Assembly: GCF_006345805.1 (NCBI RefSeq)
Contig: NC_043013.1
Span: 42,098,001 to 42,162,000 of the forward strand
Reading direction: 5' to 3'
Source of the DNA: Octopus sinensis
Taxonomy: Eukaryota
DNA length: 64,000 nucleotides
In this document: positions 37,207 through 50,038 of the stretch, one piece after another
Numbering within the stretch: position 1 is the first letter of the stretch
Layout: every line of letters begins with the position of its first letter
Made by a program: the position numbers and the translations under genes
The notes under the pieces: generated by a model
Seen by the model: only the letters and a program-made list of their open reading frames with translations
Databases searched by the model: none
Told to the model about the DNA's origin: nothing

Positions 37207-37906
37207 CAGGGGTTCTCAACCATTTTTTATCTACGGACTCCTTTGATTATTACTTTATTCTGGTGGACCCTGTCTCCGTTTGATTTTTAAAAACTAGCTT
37301 TATAAAAACTTTCAAAATTCCTCTACTGTTTTTTACACATTAACTTGTATAGGTTGAGCTATTCTTTTATTTGTTTCAGTAATTTGACTGCAGCCATGTT
37401 GGAGCATTGCGTTTAGTTGAGCAAATCAACCCCAGGACATATTCTTTGTAAGCCTAGTACTTATTCTATCAGACTCTTTTGCTGAACCACTAAGTTACAA
37501 GGACATAAACGCACCTGCATCGGTTGTCAAACTATGTTGGGGCACAAACACAGACACACAAACATATATATATATACATTCATATATATACGTAACTTAG
37601 CGGTTCGGCAAAAGAGACTGATAGAATAAGTTCTAGGCTTACAAAGAATAAGTCCTGGGGTCGATTTGCTCGACTAAAAGGCGGTGCTCCAGCATGGCCA
37701 CAGTCAAATGACTGAAACAAGTAAAAGCATAAAAGCGTATATACATATAGGGAGAATTCACAAAAAAACAAAAGACAAAGACAGGTGGTATAGACAACAA
37801 ATAGATGTATTAGTATAACGCTCGGGAAGTGAAAAGTCTTTAACGTTTTGAGCCTACACTCGTCCACAGAAAGAACAAGGAGAGAAAAAGAATGTGTAGT
37901 GGCTAG

Positions 37907-37946
<40 letters not shown>

Positions 37947-38225
37947 CAGGCTTCTTTCAGTTTCCATCTATCAAATCTACTCACAAGGCTTTGGTCAGCC
38001 CAAGGCTATAGTATAAGACACTTGCCCAAGATGTCATGCAGTGGGACTGAACCCAGAACCATGTGGTTGGTAAGCAAACTACTTACCACACAGCCACTCC
38101 TGCGCTATGTGAAATGTTAGAGAAAGAAACCCAACTGTTTCTTGCAATACATACAAATACATACTTCTAAACACATGTTGTGTGGACCCCAAAAATCTTA
38201 CAGGGAGCCTCTGGGGCCATGTGGA
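37207..38225. mobile_element. hAT/Charlie-like MITE fragmented by nested SINE and Penelope-like insertions
   Basis: CAGGGGTTCTCAACC terminus at 37207 and ggacccc-rich remainder near 38175-38225. Second TIR not found. Confidence 0.4.
37837..37874 (-). ncRNA. Decayed hammerhead-like motif, same family as 9158
   Basis: TCTTT/AAAGA stem I, CTGTGGA core, GAGT-GTAG-GCTC stem II, AAA instead of GAA (CpG decay), then ACGT-T. Flanks are homologous to 9190-9290. Confidence 0.4.
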
Positions 38226-38689
38226 CTAATCTATAATAACAATTTCAAGTTTTGTCTCAAGACCAGCAATTTCAAAGGAGGGGGTAAGTCAATTACATCA
38301 CCCCCAGTGCTCAACTGGTACTTATTTTATCGACCCCAAAAAGATGACAGTCAACCCTGACAGAATTTGAACTTGGAACATGAAGCCAGATGAAACGCAG
38401 CTAAGCATTTTGGTCGGCATTCTAACAATTCTGCCAGATCTCCACCTTATATGTGTATATAATAATATTCAAAAATTCTCTTATATGTCTATACAATTAT
38501 ATTGAAAGATTCTCTGAGGTTTCATTTTGTTTTGAATTTTCTTCTCTAAACCAAAAAAGTTCTTATCCTAATTCTTGAAAAGATGTTTCCGTTTTCTGTT
38601 TTCTTTGTGGTGGTATTGGCCAATGTTATTGACTTTGACTTTCGCTTAAAGAATACAGCAATGTTTTCTTCTTCTATAGAAAGCAGCAT

Positions 38690-39130
38690 TGGTAGTGGTT
38701 ATAGTTCTGGGCATGGTGTAGGTTGTGAGAGCGATGGTGGTGTGGTAGTGCAGTATGTTAGAGGTAGTCAATGGCGATGGTGGTTGTATGATGGTAGCAG
38801 TCAGTACTTCATCAGTGTTGGCAGCAGTGGATAGTGGTAGCAGCATTTCTAGCGGTTTAGGAGGTAGTGGTGTTGATAGGAATGGTAGTGGCGCTAGTGT
38901 TGATAGTGGTGTTTTCAGTCTAGTAGTGGTGGTTGTGGTACAGGTAGTGATCGCAATGTTGATTGAGAGAAGGTAGTGATATGGAATGGTGGTGGTGGTG
39001 TTGGTGGATATATTGGGAGAAATGATGGTGGTGATGGTGACACTAGTAGTGGTGACAGTGGTGGTGATGGTGGTGGTGGTGGTGCTGCTGCTGTTTCTGA
39101 TGGTGGTGGTAGTAGTAGTAGTAGTAGTAG
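38690..39130. repeat. GGT/GAT/AGT low-complexity trinucleotide tract
   Basis: Direct inspection. Confidence 0.9.
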
Positions 39131-39779
39131 CAACGGCATTATTTTCCATTTCCTTGTAGAATGGCAGTTCCTTCCTTTCCCTTGCTGTAAGTGCATATTT
39201 GAATGCAAACGTGTGTGTGTGTGTGGCCAAGGAGGGAGGGAGGTGAGGGTAGGTGCAGTTTCTTTTTTTGTCCTTGTTTTTATTTTTATTTTTATCTTTC
39301 TTTTCCCCTTCGCTTTGCATTTTTTTTTTTATTTAAATAAAAGAAGAATGAGTGTGTCGTTGTAAGGTTGTTTGTTTGTTTTTTTTTCCTCCTGAAATGG
39401 CTGATTTTGGCAAAAATAAATAATTACTGAGACAAAGTTCATTTAACAACAACTACAACAACAACAACAATAATAATAATAATAATAATAATTGCAATAA
39501 TAATTCGTTACTTAAGCATTGGGCAGGAACTTTTATAGAGGAGGATAATGAGATTTTGTGTTGTAGGAAACGAGATGAGGAGGAGTAGTGATGTCTGTAA
39601 GGGTCTCACTTTCAAAACTGGCTTTTAATATCACACACATACACATGCAGACATACTCACAGATACACACACACACACACACACACACAGATACATACAC
39701 ATACTTTGCAGACATGTACACATGTGCAAAACAGCCCTGTTCTTAACCCCATGTCTTTCCTTTCCTCCTAGCTATTGTG

Positions 39780-39975
39780 TAAATATGTCATTGCGTATGT
39801 CTGTTTGTGTGTGTGTGTGTATAAGTGTGTGTTTGTGGTTATATATATGTGCATATGTATGTGTGTGTGTGTATGGATATGTTTACATATTTGTATGTGT
39901 GTATATATATTTATGTGTATTGATGTATGCATATATATGTGTGTGTGTAAAGATATATGTATATATATATATGTA

Positions 39976-40008
<33 letters not shown>

Positions 40009-40422
40009 GCACACACGTGTGTGTGCATGTATGTGTGTGCACAACTGTGTACATGTATGTGTATATAAATATATATTTATACATATATATAGATATATAT
40101 GCATGTACGTATGTGTATAATTTTTTAAAACTATTTTAATTGATATTTTTACTTTTTTTGGGGGGGGGGGCGTATGTATATTACAAAAATAAAAGCAGAA
40201 AAAAAGTTTAGCAGATACAACAACAAAAAAAACTGAAACAACAAAGCAAAAAAAAAGTTAAAAACCATAATAACTTGTTTTAAAATATTCTCGTATTTAT
40301 TTTCACTATTTTTACAAGGACAAACACAGATACACACACACACACACGTTTGTGTATATGTGTGTGTATACACTCACATGCACATAAGCATACACACATA
40401 GATATACATACATACATATATA

Positions 40423-40453
<31 letters not shown>

Positions 40454-40954
40454 GATATATATATACATATATATACATATATATATACATATATATTACA
40501 TTATATATATACATTTTTACATATATATATACATATATTATATAATATATATATATATATAATATTATATATATAACATATATATAATACATATATATAT
40601 ATATTATATATAATTACATATCTATATATATATATATATATATATACTATATATATATTATATATGATATATATACATATATATATATAATATATACAAT
40701 ATAACATATATATATAATACTATATACATATATATACATATATATATATATATTATATATATATATATATATCTATATAATATATACATATATATATATA
40801 TATACATATATATCATATATATATATATACATATTATATATATACATATATATATATATATACATATATATATATCTACATATATATATAATACATATAT
40901 ATACATATATATACATATATATACATATATACATATATATATAATATATATACA

Positions 40955-40986
<32 letters not shown>

Positions 40987-41150
40987 CATATATATACATA
41001 TATATATATACATATATTACATATATATATATACATATATACATATATATATATACATATTATACATATATATATATACATATATATACATATATATATA
41101 TTATACAATATATATATATATACATTATATATATATATATATATATATAG
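39780..41150. repeat. Large (TG)n/(TA)n/(TATACA)n microsatellite expansion
   Basis: Direct inspection. Confidence 0.95.
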
Positions 41151-43029
41151 GACAGCTATTCATTCTTTTTATGTTTTTCCTAATTATGTTTTTTTAATAT
41201 GTATTTGTATTCTCAAGTGTAGTTTATGTGGTAGACAGTCTGTTGAAATCTAGACTGTATGTTTTCACCGTATCTCGTTTTATAATCCTGCTGTACGCAA
41301 CATTCTCAGCTGAAAATCTTGCTGAGATCAGTAGTATTATTCATTTTGTCAATCACCCTTTTCCAGACTTGACGAAAAAATAAGAAACCACTTGTCGTTT
41401 AGCTCTGTGTCAGCCTCATAAAGCAAGACGGTGTTCCAGCAGATATTATTATAAGAGCTGCAAGAGAAAGAGTATTTCTTCTTGATTTCATGAACATGTT
41501 CGAGGAATTAGTGAGCTGCTGTTTATCTAAACAAGAAGTAATAATGCTCTCGATGTCTACTTCACCACGATAATGCTGATGCTGATGATGCTGGTGATCA
41601 TCATTATCATTTTCATCATCATTTAATGTCCTTCTTCCATGCTGGCATGGGTTGGACAGTTTGACAGGAGCTGGCCAGGCAGGAGCCTGTGCCGCTGCTG
41701 TGTCTGTTTTGGCATAGATTTTTATGGCTGAATGCCCTTCCTAACACCAACCACTTCATAGGGCAGGCTGAGTGCTTTTTACATGGCACTCACACAGGCA
41801 AGATCAGTTTTGGCAGGGATTTTACAGTTGGGTGCCCTTCCAAATGCCAACCACTTTACAGTGTGTACTGGGTGTTTTTCACATGGCACTCACACAGGCA
41901 AGATGAGTTTTCCCATGGTTTTTACAGTATGGTGCCCTTCCAAGTGCCAACCACTTTACAGTGTGGACTGGGTGTTTTTTAAGTGGCACCTGTACTCATT
42001 CTTAATGTGAAGGTGACTCCTATAGTTTTCTCTAACCATACCAAACTAGAATTATGCCTTTTGTTATCTTTTACCTTTCTCATCGATAGGAATGCGATTA
42101 TACTGGGGCACCATCTTGAAGGGTTTAGTGGATCAAATTGATCCCTAGGTTTATTTTTTAAAGTCTGGTACTTATTCCATTGGACTCTTTTGCCAAACTG
42201 TTAAGCTAATTGGAACATAAACAAACCAACACAAGGTGTCAGGCAATGGGAGTGGGGGCAAACACAAAGACACATGCTCACACACACTCCTTTTATCTGT
42301 TTCAATCATTAGATTGCAGCCATGCTGGGGCAGTGACCTGAAGAATTTTACTGATGCTCTACTGATTCTGCCTATCAATTGCCCTTTAAAATGAAAGTGT
42401 GTACTCAAGGCCTGAAATTTTGAGGGGAGGGGATGTGGTCAATTACATCAACTTCAGTACTTGACTTGTGCTTTATTTTGTTAACCCCAAAAGGATGGAT
42501 GACTAAGTTGACCTTTGTGGGACTTGAACTCAGAATGTAAAGTGCTAAGGCAAATAAAATACCCCAAGGCATTTTATCTGGCATCTTTATCAAGTCTGCT
42601 AATCTACCCCTTTATGTAAATAATACAAGTTACATGCATTAAATATGTCTTAGAGAAGAAGGCTGAGGCTTATGAAAATACCATTCCCAGACACAGAGAA
42701 ATTCTCATGAGAGGGACAATGATCTCAAATCACTTAAATGGATAAACCATTGACACGGGAAAAATCCATTTAAGAATGTCGCTCATAAAAACCAAGAATA
42801 GAATAAATTGCTCCCACAGAAATATTCATGCTGTTAAAAGAAATAGAATAGGGTTGTGGAAAATATAAAACACACGCCTAAAGTTTTCTGCAGATTTTCA
42901 AAAGAAACAGTTTTTATTGGAGGGATCTACCCAAGTCAGCCATTGTTATACATTAGCTACACAAAGTCTCCATAAGATTTGTAAAGGTACTTAGTTCTAT
43001 GTCTTTGTATTTGTGGTACCCTTTTGATA

Positions 43030-43295
43030 GACATGCAAATCGTTGAATCAGATGAATTCCTCAACATTGTAGCTTTTTGTTTATATAAAAAGTGTTCAGT
43101 GCTGCAAAGATCAAGACATTTCTCAGAAAGTATTGTCAGTGAACTTTGAGGCATGTAATGAAGTTTAGATATCTCAAAGCCATATTCATGAGTGATGGGC
43201 AGCAGGAAGCTGAACTGGAAGCTAAATTTACATCTGCTGGCATGTAACTGTGCCAGTTCCAGCATTCGATCCTCAGAAGAGCAGAGATTGGTAAA
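43030..43295 (+). mobile_element. Old RTE-clade LINE RT-thumb fragment
   Basis: LRHVMKFRYLKAIFMSDGQQEAELEAKFTSAGM*LCQFQHSILRRAEIGKK resembles the RTE motif FKYLG..F.S.G...EI..RI..AS. Confidence 0.55.
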
Positions 43296-43974
43296 AAAAA
43301 AAAAAAAAAAAAAGCCAAACTTGTATCATCAATTTGGTTTCCATGCCTCTGTCTTTAGCTATCTGACATTGACAAGTCTCTTAACTCCTTGGAGGTCATT
43401 GGGACACTGCAGCCATACAGCATAGGGAGGGTGAGAGAGCCTGGTGGAACCGATCCCTCTCCAGACTAAACTCATTTTTGCCAACTGAGGGAACTGGAGC
43501 AACATGAAGTGTTTTGCTCAGGAAAACAATACATTGCTCAATCCAGGAATCGAAACCACAATCTTACAATCGTGAGTCCAACACACTAACCACTAGGCCA
43601 TATGCCTCCACTTAGCTACGCTCCTCCATCTTTAGCTATTTATCTTCTATCTTTTACTTGTTTCAGTGATTAGATTATGGCTATGCTGGGGCACTGCCTT
43701 GTCATAGTTATGAATGTTGGGTAATGACTGATGTGATTGTAATCTATCAGTCATAGCAACAATGAACCTGAACTTAGCTACAAACCCTGAGGGTCTCCCT
43801 AAAAGGTCTACTAAAACCTAATCAAACCACATCAGATATTTTCCTACGCAATCCTTGCAAATGGTGAATTCTAAAAAAAAAGGCTGAAAAAAATGGCATA
43901 TCTTATCTATAAAGTGAAACATTGAGTAGATGAGTTGATACCAAGACCTACAGGCCACTCTATCTATCTATCTA

Positions 43975-44005
<31 letters not shown>

Positions 44006-44808
44006 GTCTCTCTATCTCTCTCTCTGTCTGTCTGTCTGTTTGTCTGTCTATCTATCTGTCTCTCTATCTGCCTCTCTATTTATCCATCTGTCTCTCTATC
44101 TGTCTGTCTATCTATCTTATCTGTCACTCTATCTATCTATCTGTATATTCTGAGTCCAATGTGACTGCAAATATCTTCTACTGTAACTTCCAAGGGATCT
44201 CTTCTTTGTGAGTGGAGTTTAGAGGAGGGAGAAAACCACAGAAGCCTGTTGTATGTCTCTGTAGATGTGTCTATGTAGACTTGTGTAACAAAATATGGTA
44301 CAAGTTACGTTCTTTTACATAAAGATAACTTGATTATTTGATAAACAGATATCGATAAAGTAAGTACCAGACTTAAATATGTGCTGGAATCAATGGAATC
44401 AACTAAATTTCTCAAAGACAGTACTTCAGTGTAGCTGAAGACCATCTGTCCATCCATTTTTGTTGCCCACTGTTTCTGGGAGTGTCCCAGGTACTTCCTC
44501 AATAGAGTTTTGTTAGAAGCAACCATCATTACACTTTCCGTCTGGATTCTGAAGTATGACCAACTGGGACTATGGCTATAACCTAACTATTTTCACCTAC
44601 CCCAAGATCTCCTATTGGTTACCTCAGCTTCAAGAATTGATCTTGTAATTCTTTCTTGCAACATTCTAATCACATGTCCATAGTATCAGAGCTGTGACCT
44701 TTCAGTGCAGGAAGGTACCAGCATGAACTACAACTGTAATTGTTAACAAGAATATTGTTTGTGTAAATATATGTATATATATATATATGTGTGTATGTAC
44801 ATACAATA

Positions 44809-45007
44809 CGAAGGGGTGCTGAAAAGTTCCTGGCTTTGGGTAAAAGAAAATACAGGAGGATCAGTTAATTATTCCCCTCTCACATTCACACATTTATTGC
44901 AGTGGTCCTTCAGTTTTTCTAAGCCCTGTAACAGAGCTCAGAGGATTGGGCCTCCAACCAGACCATTCACGATATCCTTAAAGCCAGGAACTTTTCAGTA
45001 CCCATCA
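44809..45007. mobile_element. Mariner-type MITE
   Basis: TA-flanked TIRs with shared core CTGAAAAGTTCCTGGCTTT; about 200 bp; ends 60 bp upstream of the oxt exon. Confidence 0.8.
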
Positions 45008-45066
45008 TATATATATATTATACATAGATATTTCATTTTTTTTTTCTTTTTCTCTTTTGCCAACAG

Positions 45067-45325
45067 AGGCCAAATGTACTTACACGCAATGTCTTGGAGA
45101 ACGAGAAAGGTCCTCCTAACGGTAAAATAGTTGCCCAACCAAAGCCTGTGATAGACCCGCCAGCTAACTTCACGCCAAAATGTGAAATCAAAACCAAAGA
45201 CACTTGGTCAGCTCTGAATCGAGCCAAGACCATTCTATGTAAACAGGAAATATCAAATGTCGCTTGCCTTGACAAGGAAGGAAAGCTTTACCCTAAGAGT
45301 CTTCCACGATACTGTCCTTACAAAG
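45067..45325 (+). CDS. oxt: Internal coding exon of xylosyltransferase (oxt/XYLT-like peptide O-xylosyltransferase), stem / N-terminal Cys region
   Basis: Long polypyrimidine tract plus CAACAG acceptor ending at 45066, and an AG|GTAAG donor at 45326. Open frame RPNVLTRNVLENEKGPPNGKIVAQPKPVIDPPANFTPKCEIKTKDTWSALNRAKTILCKQEISNVACLDKEGKLYPKSLPRYCPYK matches the recalled XYLT motif P-C-I-x-K-(E/D)-A-I-S-A-L-x-R-A-K-x-x-x-C-(R/K)-Q-E-I...L-x-P-x-x-x-x-R-x-C-P. Phase 0 in, phase 1 out. No other exon of the gene was recognised with confidence. Confidence 0.85.
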
Positions 45326-45520
45326 GTAAGTTTTGCAAGATTTTTGTTGTTTTTATTCATTATTATTTTTCTTATTAACAGTACTTTACAAAGATATTTC
45401 TGTAAGTGTGTGTGTCTGGATTTATGTATCTTTGTGTAAATAAATACACAATGTAAATCTGTGACTGTATACATGTATGAATGAACTAGCTTAAAAGCCG
45501 CACTCCATGCACACTTTTAA

Positions 45521-45744
45521 CCCTTTTGATACCAACCCACCTGAAACCGCTTCTGGTTCACTAGTACAAATGTCTTGTTTTCAAAAGTTCTGAATTAAAA
45601 TCTTCCACCAAACCTTAGTCATAATTTATGTTCCTGACACTAGCTTAATGACAACTAAATTATTTTACTAAATTCTTTGTTATAATTTAAAATTGATTGA
45701 AAGAAACACAGAGTATCTCAACAGAAATATGGTAACAAAAAGGG
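45521..45744. mobile_element. piggyBac-type MITE
   Basis: TTAA|CCCTTTTGATACC ... GGTAACAAAAAGGG|TTAA. Confidence 0.8.
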
Positions 45745-46451
45745 TTAAACTTGCTCCTGCAGAGGCCTAATTGGGCCTGCACCCCAAAACCAAAGAGAGC
45801 AATAATAATGATAAAGCATTTATTGGTACCCTACCAATATGGTATTACTCTAAATTCAGATTAAATGAAAAATTTGTAAGTTCACAAATTTTTGGAGTTC
45901 ATCATCATCATCATCATTTAACGTCCGCTTTCCATGCTGGCATGGGTTGGACGGTTCAACTGGGGTCTGGGAAGCCAGAAGGCTGCACCAGGCCCAGTCT
46001 GAACTGGCAGTGTTTCTACAGCTGGATGCCCTTCCTAACGCCAACCACTCCGTGAGTGTAGTGGATGCTTTTTACGTGCCACCGGCACAGGTGCCAGACG
46101 AGGCTGGCAAACGGCCACGATCGGATGGTGGTTTTTATGTGCCACCAGCACGGAGGCCAGTCAGCGCCGCTGGCTACGGCCATGTTCGGAGCCAGCGCCG
46201 TCTGACTGGCCTCCGTGCCAGTGACACGTAAAAAGCACCATCCGACCATTGAGTTTTCATCTGTTAACGTATAACAAATCCTCATCCAGACTTGATCCCA
46301 ATGCTGGATGTTTGAGAACCAAATAAAGGGCAGATTTTCAATCTTGGGATCATTCTGTTTCCAAAAAGGTATCATGTGTCTATGTAGACTGAAACACAGG
46401 AGTCCCAGGCAGACAGACAAACAGAATTTCATATTTATTATTATAGATAGG

Positions 46452-46612
46452 TGCAGGAGTGGCTGTGTGGTAAGTAGCTTGCTTACCAACCACATGGTTC
46501 CAGGTTCAGTCCCACTGCATGGCACTTTGGGTAAGTGTCTTCTACTATAGCCTCGGATCAACCAAAGCCTTGTGAGTGGATTTGGTAGACGGAAACTGAA
46601 AGTGGCCCGTTG

Positions 46613-46651
<39 letters not shown>

Positions 46652-46865
46652 ATATATGTTTGTGTGTCTGTGTTTGTTCCCCCAACATCGCTTGACAACC
46701 AATGCTGATGTGTTTACGTCTCTGTAACTTAGCGGTTCGGCAAAAGTGACCGATAGAATAAGTACTAGGCTTACAAAGAATAAGTCCTGGGATCGATTTG
46801 CTCAACTAAAAAGGTGGTGCTCCAGCATGGCCGCAGTCAAAATGACTGAAACCAGTAAAAGAAAA
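46452..46865 (+). mobile_element. tRNA-derived SINE family A (internal TA/TG microsatellite); representative full copy
   Basis: Head ggagtggctgtgtggtaag...ggttcagtccc, body caaagccttgtgagtggatttggtagacggaaactg, tail gactgaaac(a/c)agtaaaaga. Other copies: 19241-19623(-), 31757-32118(+), 51618-52021(-), 52820-53228(+), 58946-59351(-), 61150-61500(-). Interrupted copies at 7745-8620, 37365-38105, 49025-50280 and 56880-57615. Confidence 0.85.
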
Positions 46866-47059
46866 AAAGAAAAGAAAAAATATATAATGTTTACATGTGA
46901 ATGCACACTCGTTTGTGTGTGAGTGAGAGAGAAAGCAACTATTTATTTTACACTTTCATCTCTTAAAGGGATGAAAGTGTGAAACATAGTTTTTACTGGT
47001 AGCAGATTGCCATCAACTAAACCAGCAATACCACCAAATTTGCTTAGTGAAGTGGGTGA

Positions 47060-47225
47060 TTTTTTGGACACGCTTCAGGTTAAAAAACAAAACTTGTCAA
47101 AAGGTAGAGGAACCCTGGAGAGAGACAACAGCTATCCAATGTATCCAAGAGTAGATGGTGGCTCACCAGCCACAGTGAAGACAATCCATCTAAGAGAAGG
47201 AAATCTCTGAAATAAAAACCATTTT
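47060..47225 (+). mobile_element. Possible RTE 5'-UTR fragment
   Basis: gacaatccatctaagagaaggaaatctctgaaataaaaacc resembles the recalled RTE 5' motif caaccagtctaggagaaggaaaactctga...aaacc. Confidence 0.35.
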
Positions 47226-48057
47226 GTGAAGACTTGCAGCCAGCTGATATTATTTTGTCCTGAAAAAAATATGATGTGAAGATGTTTTAGTTTTTGTCTA
47301 CAGATGACTGATAATAATGTGTGTGTGTGTGTGTGTGTGTTTTACTGAGGGATTTGAAACTACAATTCTAAGCAGTAACTCTGATTAGTTCTATGTCAGT
47401 GGAGAATTATTGGACTCTGAGAATTAAGGAATTAGATATTTATATTCAGGAGGCTCATTGTGTGTGTGTGTGTGTGTGTGTGGAGAGGGAGAGTAAGAAG
47501 AAGGGGATGGAGAGGAAGAGGAGAGGAAGTGAGAGTTTCTATAGACGGATGTGGTAGAATTTACTTTATAATTGGCAAGAGAATAATGTTGAAAAGGGAA
47601 TGTTTAGCAGGTGGTTTTTTTTTTTTCCTTTTCTTTATAGAAACAAATACTTGAAAAATAACTTTAAAAATGGTGTGTGATGCATAGAAACATACATACA
47701 TAAATACATACATACATATATACATACGTACGTACGTACATTGCTGGTCAATTCAAAAGAGGCCGACAGTTTAAGAATAATTGTAAAAAGAGGAAAGATA
47801 ATTTTTAAAATATATGAGACTATAGATAAAAATAATGGAGACAGAAATAGAATTAAGGTCTCTTAAAAACATTGTTTGACTGAAGAGCTATGTTTTTTTA
47901 GGTAAAGTTGTATCAATGGCTGATAGCTGCTGCTAGAATGAAGGGGCGGGGTACATCTAGTCAGTAATAAGGTGGCATAGCGATATATATAGAAATGCAT
48001 AGAGTAGTCTATAAACACAATCATATACATACATGTTGTTACTAATATATATATATA

Positions 48058-48385
48058 TATTACAGAGATGTACTTGCATAGCAAGTGACCTGATCTGTGA
48101 TCGTGTGCTGGAACGAAAACAATTGCAGCGTGGGAGGTGTTTATAAGCCATTTAGGAAACACACAAAAACAGTTAGATTCACTTCAACATTATTTTCGTC
48201 ATTTTGAGACCGTGACCTGTTCACTGACAAAATTCTGTGCTGCATCACGGAATTTTGTCAGGGAACAGGTTGCGGTCTCAAAGCGACGAAAATATTTTGG
48301 CAAATTAAATTTAAATGTTGAAGTGAATCTGTTTTTGTGTGTTTCTTAAATGGGTTATAAACACTTTCCACACTGCAATTGTTTT
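48058..48385. repeat. Asymmetric palindromic element, copy 2
   Basis: Same left extension, same right end (ctgcaattg), centre TGACAAAATTCTGTGCTGCATCACGGAATTTTGTCA. Confidence 0.85.
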
Positions 48386-48570
48386 ATATATATATATTTC
48401 AACATTTCATCCTGATGATACAGTTTAGCCATTGTTTAATTAACTAGTCATGTATAATATGTATAATGATTATGTAGTAATATAAATGATGATATTTTAA
48501 CCTGTCCAGTGAAACAGCTGTAGGAATCATCTGTTAAATATCTACTTTGCTTCTTTTTATTATTCCAAAA

Positions 48571-48615
<45 letters not shown>

Positions 48616-49799
48616 AAGGATGTGCTGCCTAGGTAGGCAAGGTAGGCAGTGCCTACTTTGAATAAAATAGATTGATAGCAGCATTTTCCTTTTATGGCAA
48701 AATATGCACCTAATTCAATAAAATTATGAAGGTTACTCTGATTACTATGCATAAAATGCAAAATATATATTTTTTTTTGTAGATTAGGTTGGCTAATTCG
48801 TGCCTGCTTTGCAATCTCAGTATTTAAACTATGCACAACACAGCTGCAGTTCACATGTTGCATACACTTCTACAACACCATTTTCTTTATGTGCTATAAT
48901 GGCAGAAGTAGATCTGCCTTCAACCCCAGTCGCATGCCTGTGTTTCGCTTATTTTTTGTGTGTTTTACTACATAAAGGTCACCAGCTGCCAACCCTGAGT
49001 AATTACATTATATATCATGTGTGGGTAGGCACAGGAGTGGTTGTGTGGTGAGAAGCTTGCTTCACAACCCCATGGTTCCAAGTTCAGTCCCAGTGCATGG
49101 CACCTTGGACAAGTGTTTTTTAAAGCCTTGTGAGTGGATTTGGTAGATGGAAACTGAAAGAAGCCTGTCATATATACATATATATTTTTTACTTAAAAGG
49201 CAACCCACAACATGTGCTCTCTCTCTCTCATTCATCTACCAGCTATATAATCCCGTGCACAGATAAGTTTGAATGCCTATTTCCACTCCTAGACTGATCA
49301 TACATGTTTCTCTATCTATCTAACTATTTTATCTGATTTCTATCTATTTTGTCTGATTTGTTCATTTCTCCTCTCGTCTATGATCGACCTTCGTGTACGC
49401 CATCTTGAAACCTTTTTCCTTTAATACACTTCCGCCTTCTCCAAAAATCCCTCTTCCGGACAACTTTTTACTTAAAAGGCAACCCACAACATGTGCTCTC
49501 TCTCTCTCATTCATCTACCAGCTATATAATCGACCTAGATCGACCTTCGTGTATCGCAGTGCAAACCACCACCATTACCGGATATCTCTATTTTTGCTCC
49601 ATCTATACTGGATGTCGCTTCTCCCACCACCATTATAGGTGTCTACTCTTCGAACCCCCCTCTTCAATACGCTATTTCACCATGCATTACCCCTCTCTTG
49701 ATATCCTACGTTCTACTTGCCTACAACCTGTCATCATTTCTCTGAACCACCCCTCCCCACTGGTGCTCCCCTATATTCCTGCCCCCCCCCCCTAAAAAG

Positions 49800-50038
49800 C
49801 ACCATCCGAACGTGGCCGATGCCAGACCCCTCTGGCACCTGTGCAGGTGGCACGTAAAAAGCACCCACTACACTCGCGGAGTGGTTGGCGTTAGGAAGGG
49901 CATCCAGCTGTAGAAACACTGCCAGACCAGACTGGAGCCTGGGGCAGTCCCTAGCTCCCCAGACCCCAGTCGAAACCGTCCAACCCGTGCTAGCGCGGAA
50001 AACGGACGTTAAACGATGATGATGATGATGATGATATA
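49800..50038 (+). mobile_element. Family C retroposon with RTE-like 3' tail and (GAT)n end
   Basis: ggttggcgttaggaagggcatccagctgtagaaa...aacccgtgctagcgcggaaaacggacgttaaac(gat)n. Other copies: 57628-57858(+), 45900-46240(-), 41610-41990(-), 63740-64000(+, with ~60-bp subrepeats). Confidence 0.75.
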
